Part shown: positions 50,947-61,092 of the stretch, piece by piece
How the letters are laid out: every line of letters begins with the position of its first letter
How positions within the stretch are numbered: the first letter of the stretch is position 1
Assembly (NCBI GenBank): GCA_016182385.1
Contig: JACPGV010000002.1
Location: 189,190 to 253,189, forward strand
Origin: Candidatus Moraniibacteriota bacterium
GTDB taxonomy: Bacteria; Patescibacteriota; Minisyncoccia; Moranbacterales; UBA1568
DNA length: 64,000 nucleotides
Direction: 5' to 3'
Position numbers and translations under genes: made by a program
The notes under the pieces: generated by a model
Told to the model about the DNA's origin: nothing
What the model saw: the letters and a program-made list of their open reading frames with translations, nothing else
The model's database searches: none

Positions 50947-51228
50947 ATGGAATTCAAAGAAAAACCGTTTGAGCAAAAATCAACATTTGAAGCAGATAAA
51001 GACGGCTTCGTTAAATTTGGCGATGTATCAAGGAAGCTTCTTAATAAACAGTGCCAATATGGCGTTACTTACGCCTTTGGTGATGAAAGCTGTGACTGCC
51101 CAAATTTAGGAGAAGGTCTTCGTATTACGGGAAATCCAGGTAATTATCATGATGTTAAAATTCACAAAGATGATATAGATGAATTTGTCAGGAGATACGA
51201 AGCCTATAAGAACGAACAAAAATTTTAA
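50947..51228 (+). CDS. Hypothetical protein (putative cassette gene)
   Basis: 93-aa ORF between palindromic sites. Confidence 0.65.
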   Translation: MEFKEKPFEQKSTFEADKDGFVKFGDVSRKLLNKQCQYGVTYAFGDESCDCPNLGEGLRITGNPGNYHDVKIHKDDIDEFVRRYEAYKNEQKF

Positions 51229-51243
51229 AATTATTTTTTACAT

Positions 51244-51315
51244 CCGATAACACGGCACATGCGGTTAAAAAATTTTGCTCAATTATACGATAGCGGAATG
51301 CAAAATTTTTTAACC
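51244..51315. repeat. Degenerate attC-like site with a 16-bp inverted repeat
   Basis: CCGATAAC after the stop codon, then GGTTAAAAAATTTTGC (51263) / GCAAAATTTTTTAACC (to 51315). Confidence 0.5.
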
Positions 51316-51376
51316 CAAATTTCGCTTTTATTATGATAAAATTTTTCTACCCTAACAGTGTACGGCATATCTGAAT

Positions 51377-54300
51377 CTATTTTACGGATTCTACTCCTTC
51401 TATCATTCGTATTTGCGTCAGAGATTCTTCGGTCGGGGCGATTGAAAATGTGGTCTCGATCGTCGCGCCCTGGATTTTTACGGCAACTTTTTTTGATCCG
51501 GCAGGGAAGGTCTTGAGAAGATGTGAGAGGTGTTCGATAATTTTTGGTGGAGCGTCATTTTTGATTATAAGAATAAGACGATCATTTGAGGGATTCTGAG
51601 GGGGCGTAGGAGGGGAAGTTGGACGAGAGAGTTTGGCACGGGTGGCTTCAGCACGGGCAAATTGTTGAACGTCATTATTTGAGATGCGACGGACGCCTTC
51701 AGCAATAGAACGCACTTGGCCGTCTTTGTGCGAAATACGTGCATCGATAATGACGACTTCGTCTTCGACCCATGATTCTCCCGTGCGTTCGGCAGTTTTT
51801 CCAAAAACAAGAAGTTCGGTACGACCAGTCATATCTTCGAGACCAACGAAATACATCGTGCTCCCATTTTTGGTGAGAACTTTTCGAACAGCGGTGATAA
51901 CGCCTCCAACATTGATACGGCTACCGTCTGGTTTTTTTTCGATATCGCTCAGCGGTGTTATTGTTTTATTAAAGTATTCTTGGTAGTCAGAAACGGGATG
52001 GTCGCTCACGTAAAGACCGAGGAGTTCTTTTTCCCAGTCGAGACGCATTTTTTTGGTGGCGGGGAGAGCGTGGGAAAGTTGGATTGTACTTTCGGGCATT
52101 GCCATTTCACCGAAGAGGCTATTTTGGTGAGTATCGGCGAGTGTTTTGAGATTTTTTGCGTGACGCAAAATGTCATCGAGACTGACGACAAGTCTGTTTC
52201 GTTCATCGAAATCTTCGAGAGCGCCTACTTTAATGAGTGCTTCGAGTGAACGTTTATTTAAATCTTTGGTTTGGACACGTTCGACGAAATTTTCGATTGT
52301 TTTAAATGTCCCATCTTTTTTACGTGCCTTGACGATTTCTTCCGCGCAGATTGAGCCGACGTTTTTGATGGCGCTTAGTCCGAAGCGGATTCTTTCTTTT
52401 TTATCATCGCCTACAATAACGGCAAAATCTTCAAAACTTTCGTTTACAGACGGCGGAAGAACTTCAAGGCCGATTTCACGAGCTTCGCGAACTTCGATGG
52501 CGACGCGGTCGGTGTCGTGTTGGTCGCTCGTGAGAAGGGCGGCCATGAATTCGGCTGGGTAGTGTGCTTTGAGGTAAGCCGTTTGGTAACCAATGAGCGC
52601 GTAACAAGCGGCATGAGAACGATTGAAACCGTAGCCGGCGAATGGTTCGATGAACGCGAAGATTTTTTCACCGATAGTTTTTCCTACACCCGTTTTTACA
52701 CATCCTTCAATGAATTTTTCACGTTGTTCGGCGACAAGTTCTTTAATTTTTTTTCCGACTGCTTTACGAAGCACGTCTGCTTCACCGAGGGAAAATCCGG
52801 CAAGATCACGCGCGATTTGCATGAGTTGTTCTTGATAAACAGCGACGCCGTAAGTGTTCTTGAGAATCGGTTCGAGTTTTGGGTGAAGGTATTTGACTTG
52901 TTTGGTGCCGTGTTTGCCGCCGATGAAATCAGGAATGTATTCCATCGGACCCGGTCGGTAGAGGGCGACCATCGCGATAATGTCTTCGAAGACGGAAGGT
53001 TTGAGTTGTTTCAGGTAACGTTTCATTCCAGTTGATTCAAGTTGAAAAACACCGGTAGTGTGGGCATCTTGCAGGAGTCTGTAGGTCATTTCATCATCAA
53101 GCGGGAGTCGACTCATGATATCGGCGACAGTAGCCGTTTCGGGATTTAATTTTAATTTTTCCAGAAGCGGTGGCAATTTTCCCAAGGCGCGAACAATACG
53201 GAGGGTGTTTTGAATGATAGTAAGGTTTTTGAGTCCCAAGAAATCCATTTTAAGAAGACCGATTTTTTCTACGGCGTTGGCTTTTGTGCTGGCGGCGTAT
53301 TGAGTAACAACACCTTCACGACTTCCCGCGACGCGTTGGAGCGGAGTATATTCAGTGACGGGATCTTTGGTAATGACGACACCGCAGGCGTGCATCGAGG
53401 CATGACGAGCCAAACCCTCGATAGTTTGAGCGGCATCGATTAGGCGTTTGGCGTCAGGGTTTTTTTCATAGTGTTGTTTGAATTCCGGTACTTCCTCGAG
53501 CGCTTTCTTGATCGAAGTGAACATGGGGATCATTTTGGCGGTTTGATCGCAAAGCGGAAGAGGAATACCAAGCGCGCGACCGACGTCACGAATGGCTCCG
53601 CGGGCGGCCATCGTTCCAAACGTGATGATTTGAGCGACGTGATCGTTACCGTATTTTTGTCTGACGTATTCCAGTACTGCTTCACGGCGGTCATCAGCGA
53701 AATCCATATCGACATCGGGCATGGAGATACGCTCAGGATTGAGGAATCGTTCAAAGAGGAGATCGTATGCGATCGGATCGAGATCGGTAATACCAGTAAG
53801 GTAGGCGACAAATGATCCGGCAGCCGAACCACGACCGGGTCCGACAATGACGCCGTTTTGTTTTGCCCAATTGACGAAGTCTTGCACGATCAAGAAGTAA
53901 GAAGCAAAGCCCGTTTTTTCAATGACGGACAATTCATAACGAAGACGCTCTTTTTGTTCATTGGTGGGCATCTGTCCGGGGAAACGCTTGGTAAGTCCCA
54001 CGACACAGAGCTCATGAAGGTATTCGTCGGCGGTTTTCTCGTTGGGAAGAGGGAAGGCGGGAAGGTGATTCTCACCCATTTGGATTGTCAGTGTGCAGGC
54101 TTGGGCGATTTTTTGCGTGTTTTCGATGGCCTCAGGAACATCTTTGAAAATTGTTTTCATCTCTTCCGCTGAGCGGAGGGAAAGGTCGAGTCCTTTCATG
54201 CTGAATCGTTCAGTGTCGGTCACTTTTTTGTTATCACGAATACAGAGGAGAATGTCTTGTATTTCGGCATCTTCTTTTTTGAGGTAGTGAACATCGACCG

Positions 54301-54907
54301 CGGCGACGAGCGGGATATCGGTCTCGCGAGAAATGGCAACAAGTCCTTGGTTTATTGTTACTTGATTTTCGTTATCTAGGTGAGGGCCAAGCTCAAGATA
54401 AAAATTTTCTTTACCGAAAATGTTTTGGTATTCGAGAGCGGTTGCTTTGGCGCGTTCATAGTTGCCATAGATAATTTCTGAGGGAACTTCTCCTTGCATT
54501 GAGCCAGAGAGAGCGATGAGTCCTTCGGCATATTGACGGAGAAGTTTTTTGTCGGCACGTGCTTTGTAATAAAAACCTTCAAGTTGAGCGATAGAGATAA
54601 TTTTCATCAGATTTTTATAACCAGTCTCATTTTTGGCGAGGAGCACGAGTTGAGAACGGCGTCTGTCTTCGGCAGTATTATTTTTACTGTGGAGATCTTT
54701 ACAGACGAAAATTTCCGCGCCGATGATTGGCTTGATGCCATATTCTTTGGCCTTACTATAAAATTCAATCGCGCCATAAAGTGCGGAAGTATCGGTGATT
54801 GCCAGTGAAGTCATTCCGAGTTCTTGCGCACGTTTCAAAAGCTCCTCGGTTTTTGGGAGTGCTGTAAGAAGAGAGTAGTGTGAGTGAACGTGAAGATGAG
54901 TGAACAT
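51377..54907 (-). CDS. dnaE: DNA polymerase III alpha subunit
   Basis: HLHVHSHYS PHP domain, GRGSAAGS, MPDVDMD, KMDFLGL, GFNRSHA. Confidence 0.98.
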   Translation of the reverse strand: MFTHLHVHSHYSLLTALPKTEELLKRAQELGMTSLAITDTSALYGAIEFYSKAKEYGIKPIIGAEIFVCKDLHSKNNTAEDRRRSQLVLLAKNETGYKNLMKIISIAQLEGFYYKARADKKLLRQYAEGLIALSGSMQGEVPSEIIYGNYERAKATALEYQNIFGKENFYLELGPHLDNENQVTINQGLVAISRETDIPLVAAVDVHYLKKEDAEIQDILLCIRDNKKVTDTERFSMKGLDLSLRSAEEMKTIFKDVPEAIENTQKIAQACTLTIQMGENHLPAFPLPNEKTADEYLHELCVVGLTKRFPGQMPTNEQKERLRYELSVIEKTGFASYFLIVQDFVNWAKQNGVIVGPGRGSAAGSFVAYLTGITDLDPIAYDLLFERFLNPERISMPDVDMDFADDRREAVLEYVRQKYGNDHVAQIITFGTMAARGAIRDVGRALGIPLPLCDQTAKMIPMFTSIKKALEEVPEFKQHYEKNPDAKRLIDAAQTIEGLARHASMHACGVVITKDPVTEYTPLQRVAGSREGVVTQYAASTKANAVEKIGLLKMDFLGLKNLTIIQNTLRIVRALGKLPPLLEKLKLNPETATVADIMSRLPLDDEMTYRLLQDAHTTGVFQLESTGMKRYLKQLKPSVFEDIIAMVALYRPGPMEYIPDFIGGKHGTKQVKYLHPKLEPILKNTYGVAVYQEQLMQIARDLAGFSLGEADVLRKAVGKKIKELVAEQREKFIEGCVKTGVGKTIGEKIFAFIEPFAGYGFNRSHAACYALIGYQTAYLKAHYPAEFMAALLTSDQHDTDRVAIEVREAREIGLEVLPPSVNESFEDFAVIVGDDKKERIRFGLSAIKNVGSICAEEIVKARKKDGTFKTIENFVERVQTKDLNKRSLEALIKVGALEDFDERNRLVVSLDDILRHAKNLKTLADTHQNSLFGEMAMPESTIQLSHALPATKKMRLDWEKELLGLYVSDHPVSDYQEYFNKTITPLSDIEKKPDGSRINVGGVITAVRKVLTKNGSTMYFVGLEDMTGRTELLVFGKTAERTGESWVEDEVVIIDARISHKDGQVRSIAEGVRRISNNDVQQFARAEATRAKLSRPTSPPTPPQNPSNDRLILIIKNDAPPKIIEHLSHLLKTFPAGSKKVAVKIQGATIETTFSIAPTEESLTQIRMIEGVESVK

Positions 54908-55292
54908 AGAGTGTTGAACAGAGAATATCGAATGTTGAATTTTGAAAATTCTCCATTCAACATTCTTTCAAAATAAAAAACGCCAATCAGAATGAAAGGC
55001 GGGATGTTTGAAAAAATGAAAACGTGGTCATAGATTTAAGTTCCCTCATAGCCCGGAATCAATCCTTGGGTTTTGCAGGGAAAATTAGTACACGTTTAGT
55101 ATACTCGGCAGCACGATTTTGAACAAGTTTTAGGTGTTTTTTATTGTTTTTTATGCGCATTATATAATTTCTGACCGCAGAGAATAGTTCGCGTGATGGA
55201 AAAATGAGGGCGGAAAAAATAAAAAAAAGAACAAAGTAGAAGATAAAAAAAGACCCGCTGGCGCAGCACGCAAGCGGGGAATGAGGTGGATC

Positions 55293-55988
55293 TTACATCC
55301 AGCTGTGAAACCGGTGGTGGATTCGGGCGAGCATTTCGTAGGGGAGCCAGTAGCTTGGACTCCTGGTCCATTTTTGGACCGAGGCCTTATCGAACCACTC
55401 GCTGTCCGAGGCGTGAGCCACGTCTATCGCGACCGGTTTTCCGAAGATTTTCCGAGCGATGAAGAAACAGCGTTGGATGTGTTCGGGATGGGCGATGAGG
55501 AGTGGTTTTTTGAGGCCGTGTCCGTCAGCGATGTCCTTGGCGATCCGAAACACGCCGTGAGTGGTTAGGTAATCGATGATTGGCGGCCAAATGGGAGTGA
55601 GCAGATTCTGATGCTTCGCGTACCAGTCCGGTTCATAGAGCCACATGGCATAGAGCACTTCCCATTGGCCGATGACGGGGCGGATGGTATCAGTGTTATC
55701 AAAAAACGGGTGGATGAGTTTTGCAAATCGGATAGAGCGAAGTGCGAGGATCTTGTTCGGATGACCAGGGTCGAAGCCCCGTGCCCCGAGCCGCACGAAC
55801 CTATCGACGACGTTGTCACTGAGGTCGATGATCGAATTGACAACTGTCCCGACCTCTTTGTCGGAATAGGTGTTACGGCCGAAGGCTTGCGGACAGATGA
55901 AATCGGCTTCGCTCGCGTAGGCGCGATGGGTTTTCCAGAACGATTCCGGCAGGAACCACGAGTTGATTAGGTCGTTACGGATGGACAT
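55293..55988 (-). CDS. Hypothetical protein (weak YdcF/DUF218-like motif)
   Basis: AAGGAGG RBS before ATG 55988; LIAHPEHIQRC motif. Confidence 0.6.
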   Translation of the reverse strand: MSIRNDLINSWFLPESFWKTHRAYASEADFICPQAFGRNTYSDKEVGTVVNSIIDLSDNVVDRFVRLGARGFDPGHPNKILALRSIRFAKLIHPFFDNTDTIRPVIGQWEVLYAMWLYEPDWYAKHQNLLTPIWPPIIDYLTTHGVFRIAKDIADGHGLKKPLLIAHPEHIQRCFFIARKIFGKPVAIDVAHASDSEWFDKASVQKWTRSPSYWLPYEMLARIHHRFHSWM

Positions 55989-56094
55989 AATAAACCTCCT
56001 TTTTGGCTGGTTGTTCGGTGTTGTTAAAGAATATAGCATTATGTCAGATAAGCGAAAAAAAGTAAATTTTTTGGTGTGATGGTATACTGAAGCT

Positions 56095-56817
56095 ATGCAA
56101 AAAACAACTTTTGAAAAAGAGCGGGAACGAATAATACTTGGACATCGGTATGTGATCGGGATAGATGAGGTAGGACGCGGACCGCTTGCTGGTCCGGTCG
56201 TCGCATGCGCGGCGATGTTGAAGAATATCGAATACAGAATATCGAATATTGAAAAAGAGGAAGAAGACAAGAGATGGGATCTGATCCGGGATTCCAAGAA
56301 GCTTTCAGAGAAACAACGAGAAAAAATATGCGAGTTTATTCAGGAACATTTTGAAGTTGGCATTGGTATTATTGCGGCCGAGACGATCGATCGGGTGAAT
56401 ATTCTTGAGGCAACGTTTCTCGCGATGAAGAGTGCTCTTTCACAGCTTTTGAAAAAACTTCCACGCGAAGCGGCGGAGCAGTGTTATATTCTTATTGATG
56501 GCAATCAAAAGATTCCGAACTGTTCCTATCATCAGGAATGTTTGATCGGTGGCGATGGGATCGTGAAGTCAATCGCGGCGGCATCGATTGTCGCCAAAGT
56601 GACGCGGGACCGGATGATGGATGAATACGAAAAACAGTATGGAGGATATGGGCTCGGCAAGCACAAGGGCTACGGGACGAAGGTGCATATGGACGCGCTC
56701 CGGCGCCTCGGCCCGTGTCCGATCCATCGAATGTCGTTTCGGCCGGTTTTTCTGTCTCTTCCTGAAAACGCCAATAAGCGATTTGCGAATGTGCTGAAAC
56801 CAAAAAAGGCTAAGTGA
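56095..56817 (+). CDS. rnhB: Ribonuclease HII
   Basis: GIDEVGRGPLAGPV, DSKKL, IAAASIVAKV, HKGYGT. Confidence 0.96.
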   Translation: MQKTTFEKERERIILGHRYVIGIDEVGRGPLAGPVVACAAMLKNIEYRISNIEKEEEDKRWDLIRDSKKLSEKQREKICEFIQEHFEVGIGIIAAETIDRVNILEATFLAMKSALSQLLKKLPREAAEQCYILIDGNQKIPNCSYHQECLIGGDGIVKSIAAASIVAKVTRDRMMDEYEKQYGGYGLGKHKGYGTKVHMDALRRLGPCPIHRMSFRPVFLSLPENANKRFANVLKPKKAK

Positions 56818-56947
56818 AAATAGGGGATGTGAAAAAGAAGAGGTTTTCGATAGGGAATGCTTGTTGTCTTTTAATTGATGCTTGTCAAAATAAAAAAGAA
56901 CTGATATAGTGGCTTCATTGAGTAATTCTTGCTAATCGTACGAAATT

Positions 56948-57151
56948 ATGGCATTGCCCAAACAAAGACATACTCGTCACCGTCGCGACCGTGCTCGCAA
57001 ACAATATGATGTGAAATTGGTAACCATGAAGGAATGCCCGCAGTGTAAGGCACCGGTTTTACCGCATCGCATCTGTAAAAAATGTGGGACATATAAAGGA
57101 AGAGAAATAAAGGGAGTTGTGAAAACAGCAAAAACCCCAAAAAAGAAATAA
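56948..57151 (+). CDS. rpmF: 50S ribosomal protein L32
   Basis: MALPK, CPQC, PHRICKKCGTY. Confidence 0.95.
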   Translation: MALPKQRHTRHRRDRARKQYDVKLVTMKECPQCKAPVLPHRICKKCGTYKGREIKGVVKTAKTPKKK

Positions 57152-57217
57152 CCTACCAAGAGGTATCAGGAACAACGGATTTTTTCATACATCGGTTGTT
57201 TTTGAATAAAAAACAAA

Positions 57218-57763
57218 ATGGCAAATCGGCACCTTCAGAGATCAGTAGCGATGCAATCACTCTTCGAGTGGGATTTTCAGGGTAGGAATGATGAGCATTC
57301 ACGAGAGATTTTGAAGCGTAATATTGCGGAGTTTGCTCCCGGTCTTGAAGATACGATTTTTGCCGAACATTTGATGGAGGGTACACTTCGTGAGCGTGGA
57401 ACAATTGATAAGCTTATTGAGAAATGCGCGCCAGAGTGGCCGCTTGAACAAGTGACGGTGATGGACAGAAACATCTTGCGTTTGGGTATTTATGAGCTTA
57501 TGTTCGGAAATTATGATGAAGTACCACCAAAAGTGGCCATCAATGAAGCGATTGAACTTGCTAAAACGTTTGGAAGTGATAGTAGTCCACGATTTGTTAA
57601 TGGGGTTTTGGGAACGATTTATCGTGAGATGGGTGAACCGATGAAAGATGATATATCCGAAAATCATAAGTATAACTTGGAAAAACAGGAAAAAAAGACG
57701 GGAGAGGAAAAAGAAAAAAAGGTTCAGAAGGCGGTAAAAAAAAGCACGAAAAAAGGCGCATAG
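57218..57763 (+). CDS. nusB: Transcription antitermination factor NusB
   Basis: [23 protein letters not shown]. Confidence 0.96.
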   Translation: MANRHLQRSVAMQSLFEWDFQGRNDEHSREILKRNIAEFAPGLEDTIFAEHLMEGTLRERGTIDKLIEKCAPEWPLEQVTVMDRNILRLGIYELMFGNYDEVPPKVAINEAIELAKTFGSDSSPRFVNGVLGTIYREMGEPMKDDISENHKYNLEKQEKKTGEEKEKKVQKAVKKSTKKGA

Positions 57764-57798
57764 AGCGCTTTTTCTTGAGTTGTTGTTCTCGATGCATT

Positions 57799-58500
57799 AT
57801 GAAAGATGAATTTGATAGAAAGAAATTGCAATCAACGTTTGATATCGCTATTACCGATGCCAATCTTTTTCAAGAGGCGTTGACACATCGCTCCTATTTG
57901 AATGAACATCGAGGATATCCGTATTCGCATAACGAGCGATTGGAGTTTCTGGGTGACGCGGTGCTCGAACTTGTAGTAACACGGTATCTTTTTGATCATT
58001 TTTCTGAAAAACCAGAAGGTGAACTGACAAGTTTTCGTGCGGCGCTTGTGAATGGCGATATGTTGGGAAAAATTGGTTGTGATCTTGGTGTGCAAGAATT
58101 TCTTCTTATGAGTCGTGGCGAGGCTAAGGATACCGGTCGGGCACGCAGCTATCTTATTGCCAATGCCATGGAAGCAATCATCGGGGCTATTTATCTTGAT
58201 CAGGGATATGAAGCCGCTGGGCATTTTATCGAACAACACGTTCTTTCTCATCTTGATGAAGTGATTGCCGAAGGTCTCCATACTGATCCCAAGAGTCGTT
58301 TTCAGGAACTTGCTCAAGAAAAAACGTCTATTACGCCAGGGTATCGTATTTTGAAGGAATGGGGTCCGGATCATGACCGCCATTTTATTGCCGGTGTATT
58401 TCTCGGTGAAGAACTTGTCGCTGAGGGCGAGGGGATATCCAAACAGGATGCTCAACGTGAAGCTGCCAAGAATGCCTTAGGGAAGAAGGGTTGGCAGTAA
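57799..58500 (+). CDS. rnc: Ribonuclease III
   Basis: NERLEFLGDAVL; C-terminal dsRBD. Confidence 0.97.
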   Translation: MKDEFDRKKLQSTFDIAITDANLFQEALTHRSYLNEHRGYPYSHNERLEFLGDAVLELVVTRYLFDHFSEKPEGELTSFRAALVNGDMLGKIGCDLGVQEFLLMSRGEAKDTGRARSYLIANAMEAIIGAIYLDQGYEAAGHFIEQHVLSHLDEVIAEGLHTDPKSRFQELAQEKTSITPGYRILKEWGPDHDRHFIAGVFLGEELVAEGEGISKQDAQREAAKNALGKKGWQ

Positions 58501-58715
58501 ACCGTTGGAGATTTTGATGCTTTGTATCAACACAAGGAAAACTTCTTTGTGTTTTTTGATGTGTTTAATAGTTTGCATGAGAATAGGGAGGATAGAGGGG
58601 ATTTTTTTCTTTTGGTTTAGAATAGGGTATACTTGGCTTAGAGGAAGAAAACCATTTTTTCTGTTTTTGTTTATTGTAAAGTAGAGGATTTTCGTGGTTG
58701 TTTGTTGATTGACCT

Positions 58716-61028
58716 ATGTATTTGAAAAAATTGGAAATGAGCGGATTTAAATCTTTCGCCAATAAAATGGTGTTGGATTTTTTGCCGGATTGTGATATCG
58801 CGAATGGTGGGCGTTGCGGAATCACAGCAATTGTCGGACCGAATGGTTCCGGTAAGTCAAACGTGGCTGACGCTATTCGTTTTGCTATTGGTGAACAATC
58901 TTCTAAAAATTTACGCGGTAAAAAATCAGAGGATGTTATTTTTGCCGGTACGGACAAGAAAACACGCTTGGGTGTGGCGTCGGTAACGCTTCATTTTGAC
59001 AATAGCGATAAACGTATTCCTATCGAATTTGCCGAAGTTTTGATAACTCGCAAAGTGTATCGGAGCGGAGAGAGTGAGTATCTTATCAATGGCGCGCATG
59101 TACGCTTGATGGATATTGTCGATCTCCTTGCCCAAGCAGGTATTGGCAAAGATAGTTATTGTGTCATTACGCAGGGTATGAGTGACGCCGTACTCAATGC
59201 TTCGCCTGTGGAACGCCGCTCTATTTTTGAAGATGCGGCCGGCGTGAAGCAGTACCAAATTGAAAAAGAGCGCGCTTTGCGCAAACTGGAAAGTACGCGT
59301 GAAAACGTGGAGCGGGCCGATGGATTGATCGCGGAAATTGAACCGCATTTGAAAAATTTACGTCGGCAAGCAGAAAAGGCATCGCAAGGAAAAGATGTTG
59401 CGCAAAAGCTTCGTGAGAAGCAACTTTTACTGTATGGATTTTTATGGAACAGTTTTCAGGGCGAAAGAGGGGCGCTCGTTACAGAGCGTGACGGTATGCA
59501 AAAAGAAGTTTTTGATCTTGAGGTGGAAACCAATACGCTTTCACGTGAAGTAACGGAGGTGTCAAAAATGATGGAGGATCAGAGTGGGGAAGAGATTGCC
59601 AACCATGAGCTTATGAAATTACGTGAAGAGGCGAATACTTTTTTGCGTGACCGGAGTATTATTGAGGGAAAGATAGAAATTGAGAAAGAAAAACAAAAAG
59701 AACAGGAGGTTGTGCGGGTGATTCCGGTGGATCTGGAGTACGTACGCAAGGCGCTTGAAGAAATTCGTGCCAATCAACAAGAGCTCATTGAACGTATTCG
59801 TAGCGTGGAGAAACTTGAGGATTTGCAGGATATTCGTGAATTTGCCCAAGTGATCAAACAAAAACTTCATGATCTTGATGAAAAAGCAAGCGAAGGAAGT
59901 GTTAAGGAAAAAAGAATTATTGCTCTTCCGGATGAAGAAAAAAAAGAAAGTGATAAGCGTTTGACCGCTTTAACGGAAGAGAGGGAGCGTCTTAATAAAC
60001 ATTTGGAGGTTCTGCAAAAAACTCTTACAGAAAAGGAAGCCTCTCTGGTTGCTTTGCGTGAAGCAGGTCGTAAAAGTCGAGAGATGTTTTTTGTGAAGGA
60101 AAAGGAATGGCGAGAGAAAGAGTTTCGTTTGACGAAGCTTAAGGATGCGCTTAATGAGGTGCGGGTGCGTTTGGCACGTGTCGAGGTACGCGAAGAGGAT
60201 TTGGTGACACTGGTACGCGAAGAGCTTGCGATGGATGCGAGTGAGCTTACGTATAAGGAAGCGCCTGTTCACGAGACAACACAACCGATCGAGCGAGAGC
60301 GACTGGAGCGAGAGATTGCGCGATTGAAAGTAGAGGTGGAGCATATCGGTACGATTGATCCGCTTGTGGTGGAAGAGTATCAGGAAACAGAAAAACGTTT
60401 TGTCTTTCTTACGCATGAGTCGACGGATTTGAAACAGGCGATGGAGTCGCTTCGGACAGTCGTGAAGGAAATGGATCAAAAAATAGACGAAGCTTTTGAT
60501 GAGGCTTTTAAGGAGATTCGTACAAAGTTTTCTGAATATTTTAAAATTATTTTTGGTGGTGGAAAAGCAGAATTGGAGATAGTGAAAATAAAAAGACGTG
60601 TTCGTTTGTCTCAAGATACCGATGAGAACGAAGAAGACGGGGAAGACGATAAAGAACAAGAGGGAGAGACGGAGCTGGGAATTGAGATTTTTGCTTGTCC
60701 GCCCGGAAAAAAAATCACCCATCTTTCAATGCTTTCTGGTGGTGAGCGTTCGCTTACCTCGTTGGCACTTCTTTTTGCTATTATTTCCCATAATCCGCCG
60801 CCGTTTGCCATACTTGATGAGGTGGAGGCTGCTTTGGATGAAGCTAATTCGCGTCGTTTTTCCAAGATGCTTCAGGAACTTTCGACACATACGCAATTCA
60901 TTGCCATCACGCATAATCGTGAGACGATGTCACAGGCCGGACTTCTCTACGGTGTCACGATGGGTGCTGACGGCGTTTCTCAACTTCTTTCTATTCGTCT
61001 TGATCAGGCTGAAAAATTGAAATCCTAG
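58716..61028 (+). CDS. smc: Short SMC-family ATPase
   Basis: GFKSF, GPNGSGKS, LSGGE and LDEVEAALD motifs; coiled coil; follows rnc. Confidence 0.88.
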   Translation: MYLKKLEMSGFKSFANKMVLDFLPDCDIANGGRCGITAIVGPNGSGKSNVADAIRFAIGEQSSKNLRGKKSEDVIFAGTDKKTRLGVASVTLHFDNSDKRIPIEFAEVLITRKVYRSGESEYLINGAHVRLMDIVDLLAQAGIGKDSYCVITQGMSDAVLNASPVERRSIFEDAAGVKQYQIEKERALRKLESTRENVERADGLIAEIEPHLKNLRRQAEKASQGKDVAQKLREKQLLLYGFLWNSFQGERGALVTERDGMQKEVFDLEVETNTLSREVTEVSKMMEDQSGEEIANHELMKLREEANTFLRDRSIIEGKIEIEKEKQKEQEVVRVIPVDLEYVRKALEEIRANQQELIERIRSVEKLEDLQDIREFAQVIKQKLHDLDEKASEGSVKEKRIIALPDEEKKESDKRLTALTEERERLNKHLEVLQKTLTEKEASLVALREAGRKSREMFFVKEKEWREKEFRLTKLKDALNEVRVRLARVEVREEDLVTLVREELAMDASELTYKEAPVHETTQPIERERLEREIARLKVEVEHIGTIDPLVVEEYQETEKRFVFLTHESTDLKQAMESLRTVVKEMDQKIDEAFDEAFKEIRTKFSEYFKIIFGGGKAELEIVKIKRRVRLSQDTDENEEDGEDDKEQEGETELGIEIFACPPGKKITHLSMLSGGERSLTSLALLFAIISHNPPPFAILDEVEAALDEANSRRFSKMLQELSTHTQFIAITHNRETMSQAGLLYGVTMGADGVSQLLSIRLDQAEKLKS

Positions 61029-61057
61029 TTGACAGGGATAAGAAAACGGGATAGACT
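61029..61057 (+). promoter_or_regulatory. Sigma70 promoter of rpsP
   Basis: TTGACA-17 bp-TAGACT. Confidence 0.55.
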
Positions 61058-61092
61058 GGGTTTTGTATATATGTAAAGTTGTCTATTTGAAT

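Noticed and set aside
49497-51360. Possible CRISPR array
   Set aside because: These are inverted repeats of unequal sequence separated by genes, not identical direct repeats with spacers; no cas genes are present.
53090-53200. Short insertion in DnaE (GKLPPLLEKLKLNPETATVADIMSR) considered as an intein
   Set aside because: It is far too short and has no intein splice-junction motifs.
55989-56297. N-terminal extension of the 334-aa ORF 55293..56297
   Set aside because: It overlaps rnhB antisense; the strong RBS supports a start at 55988.
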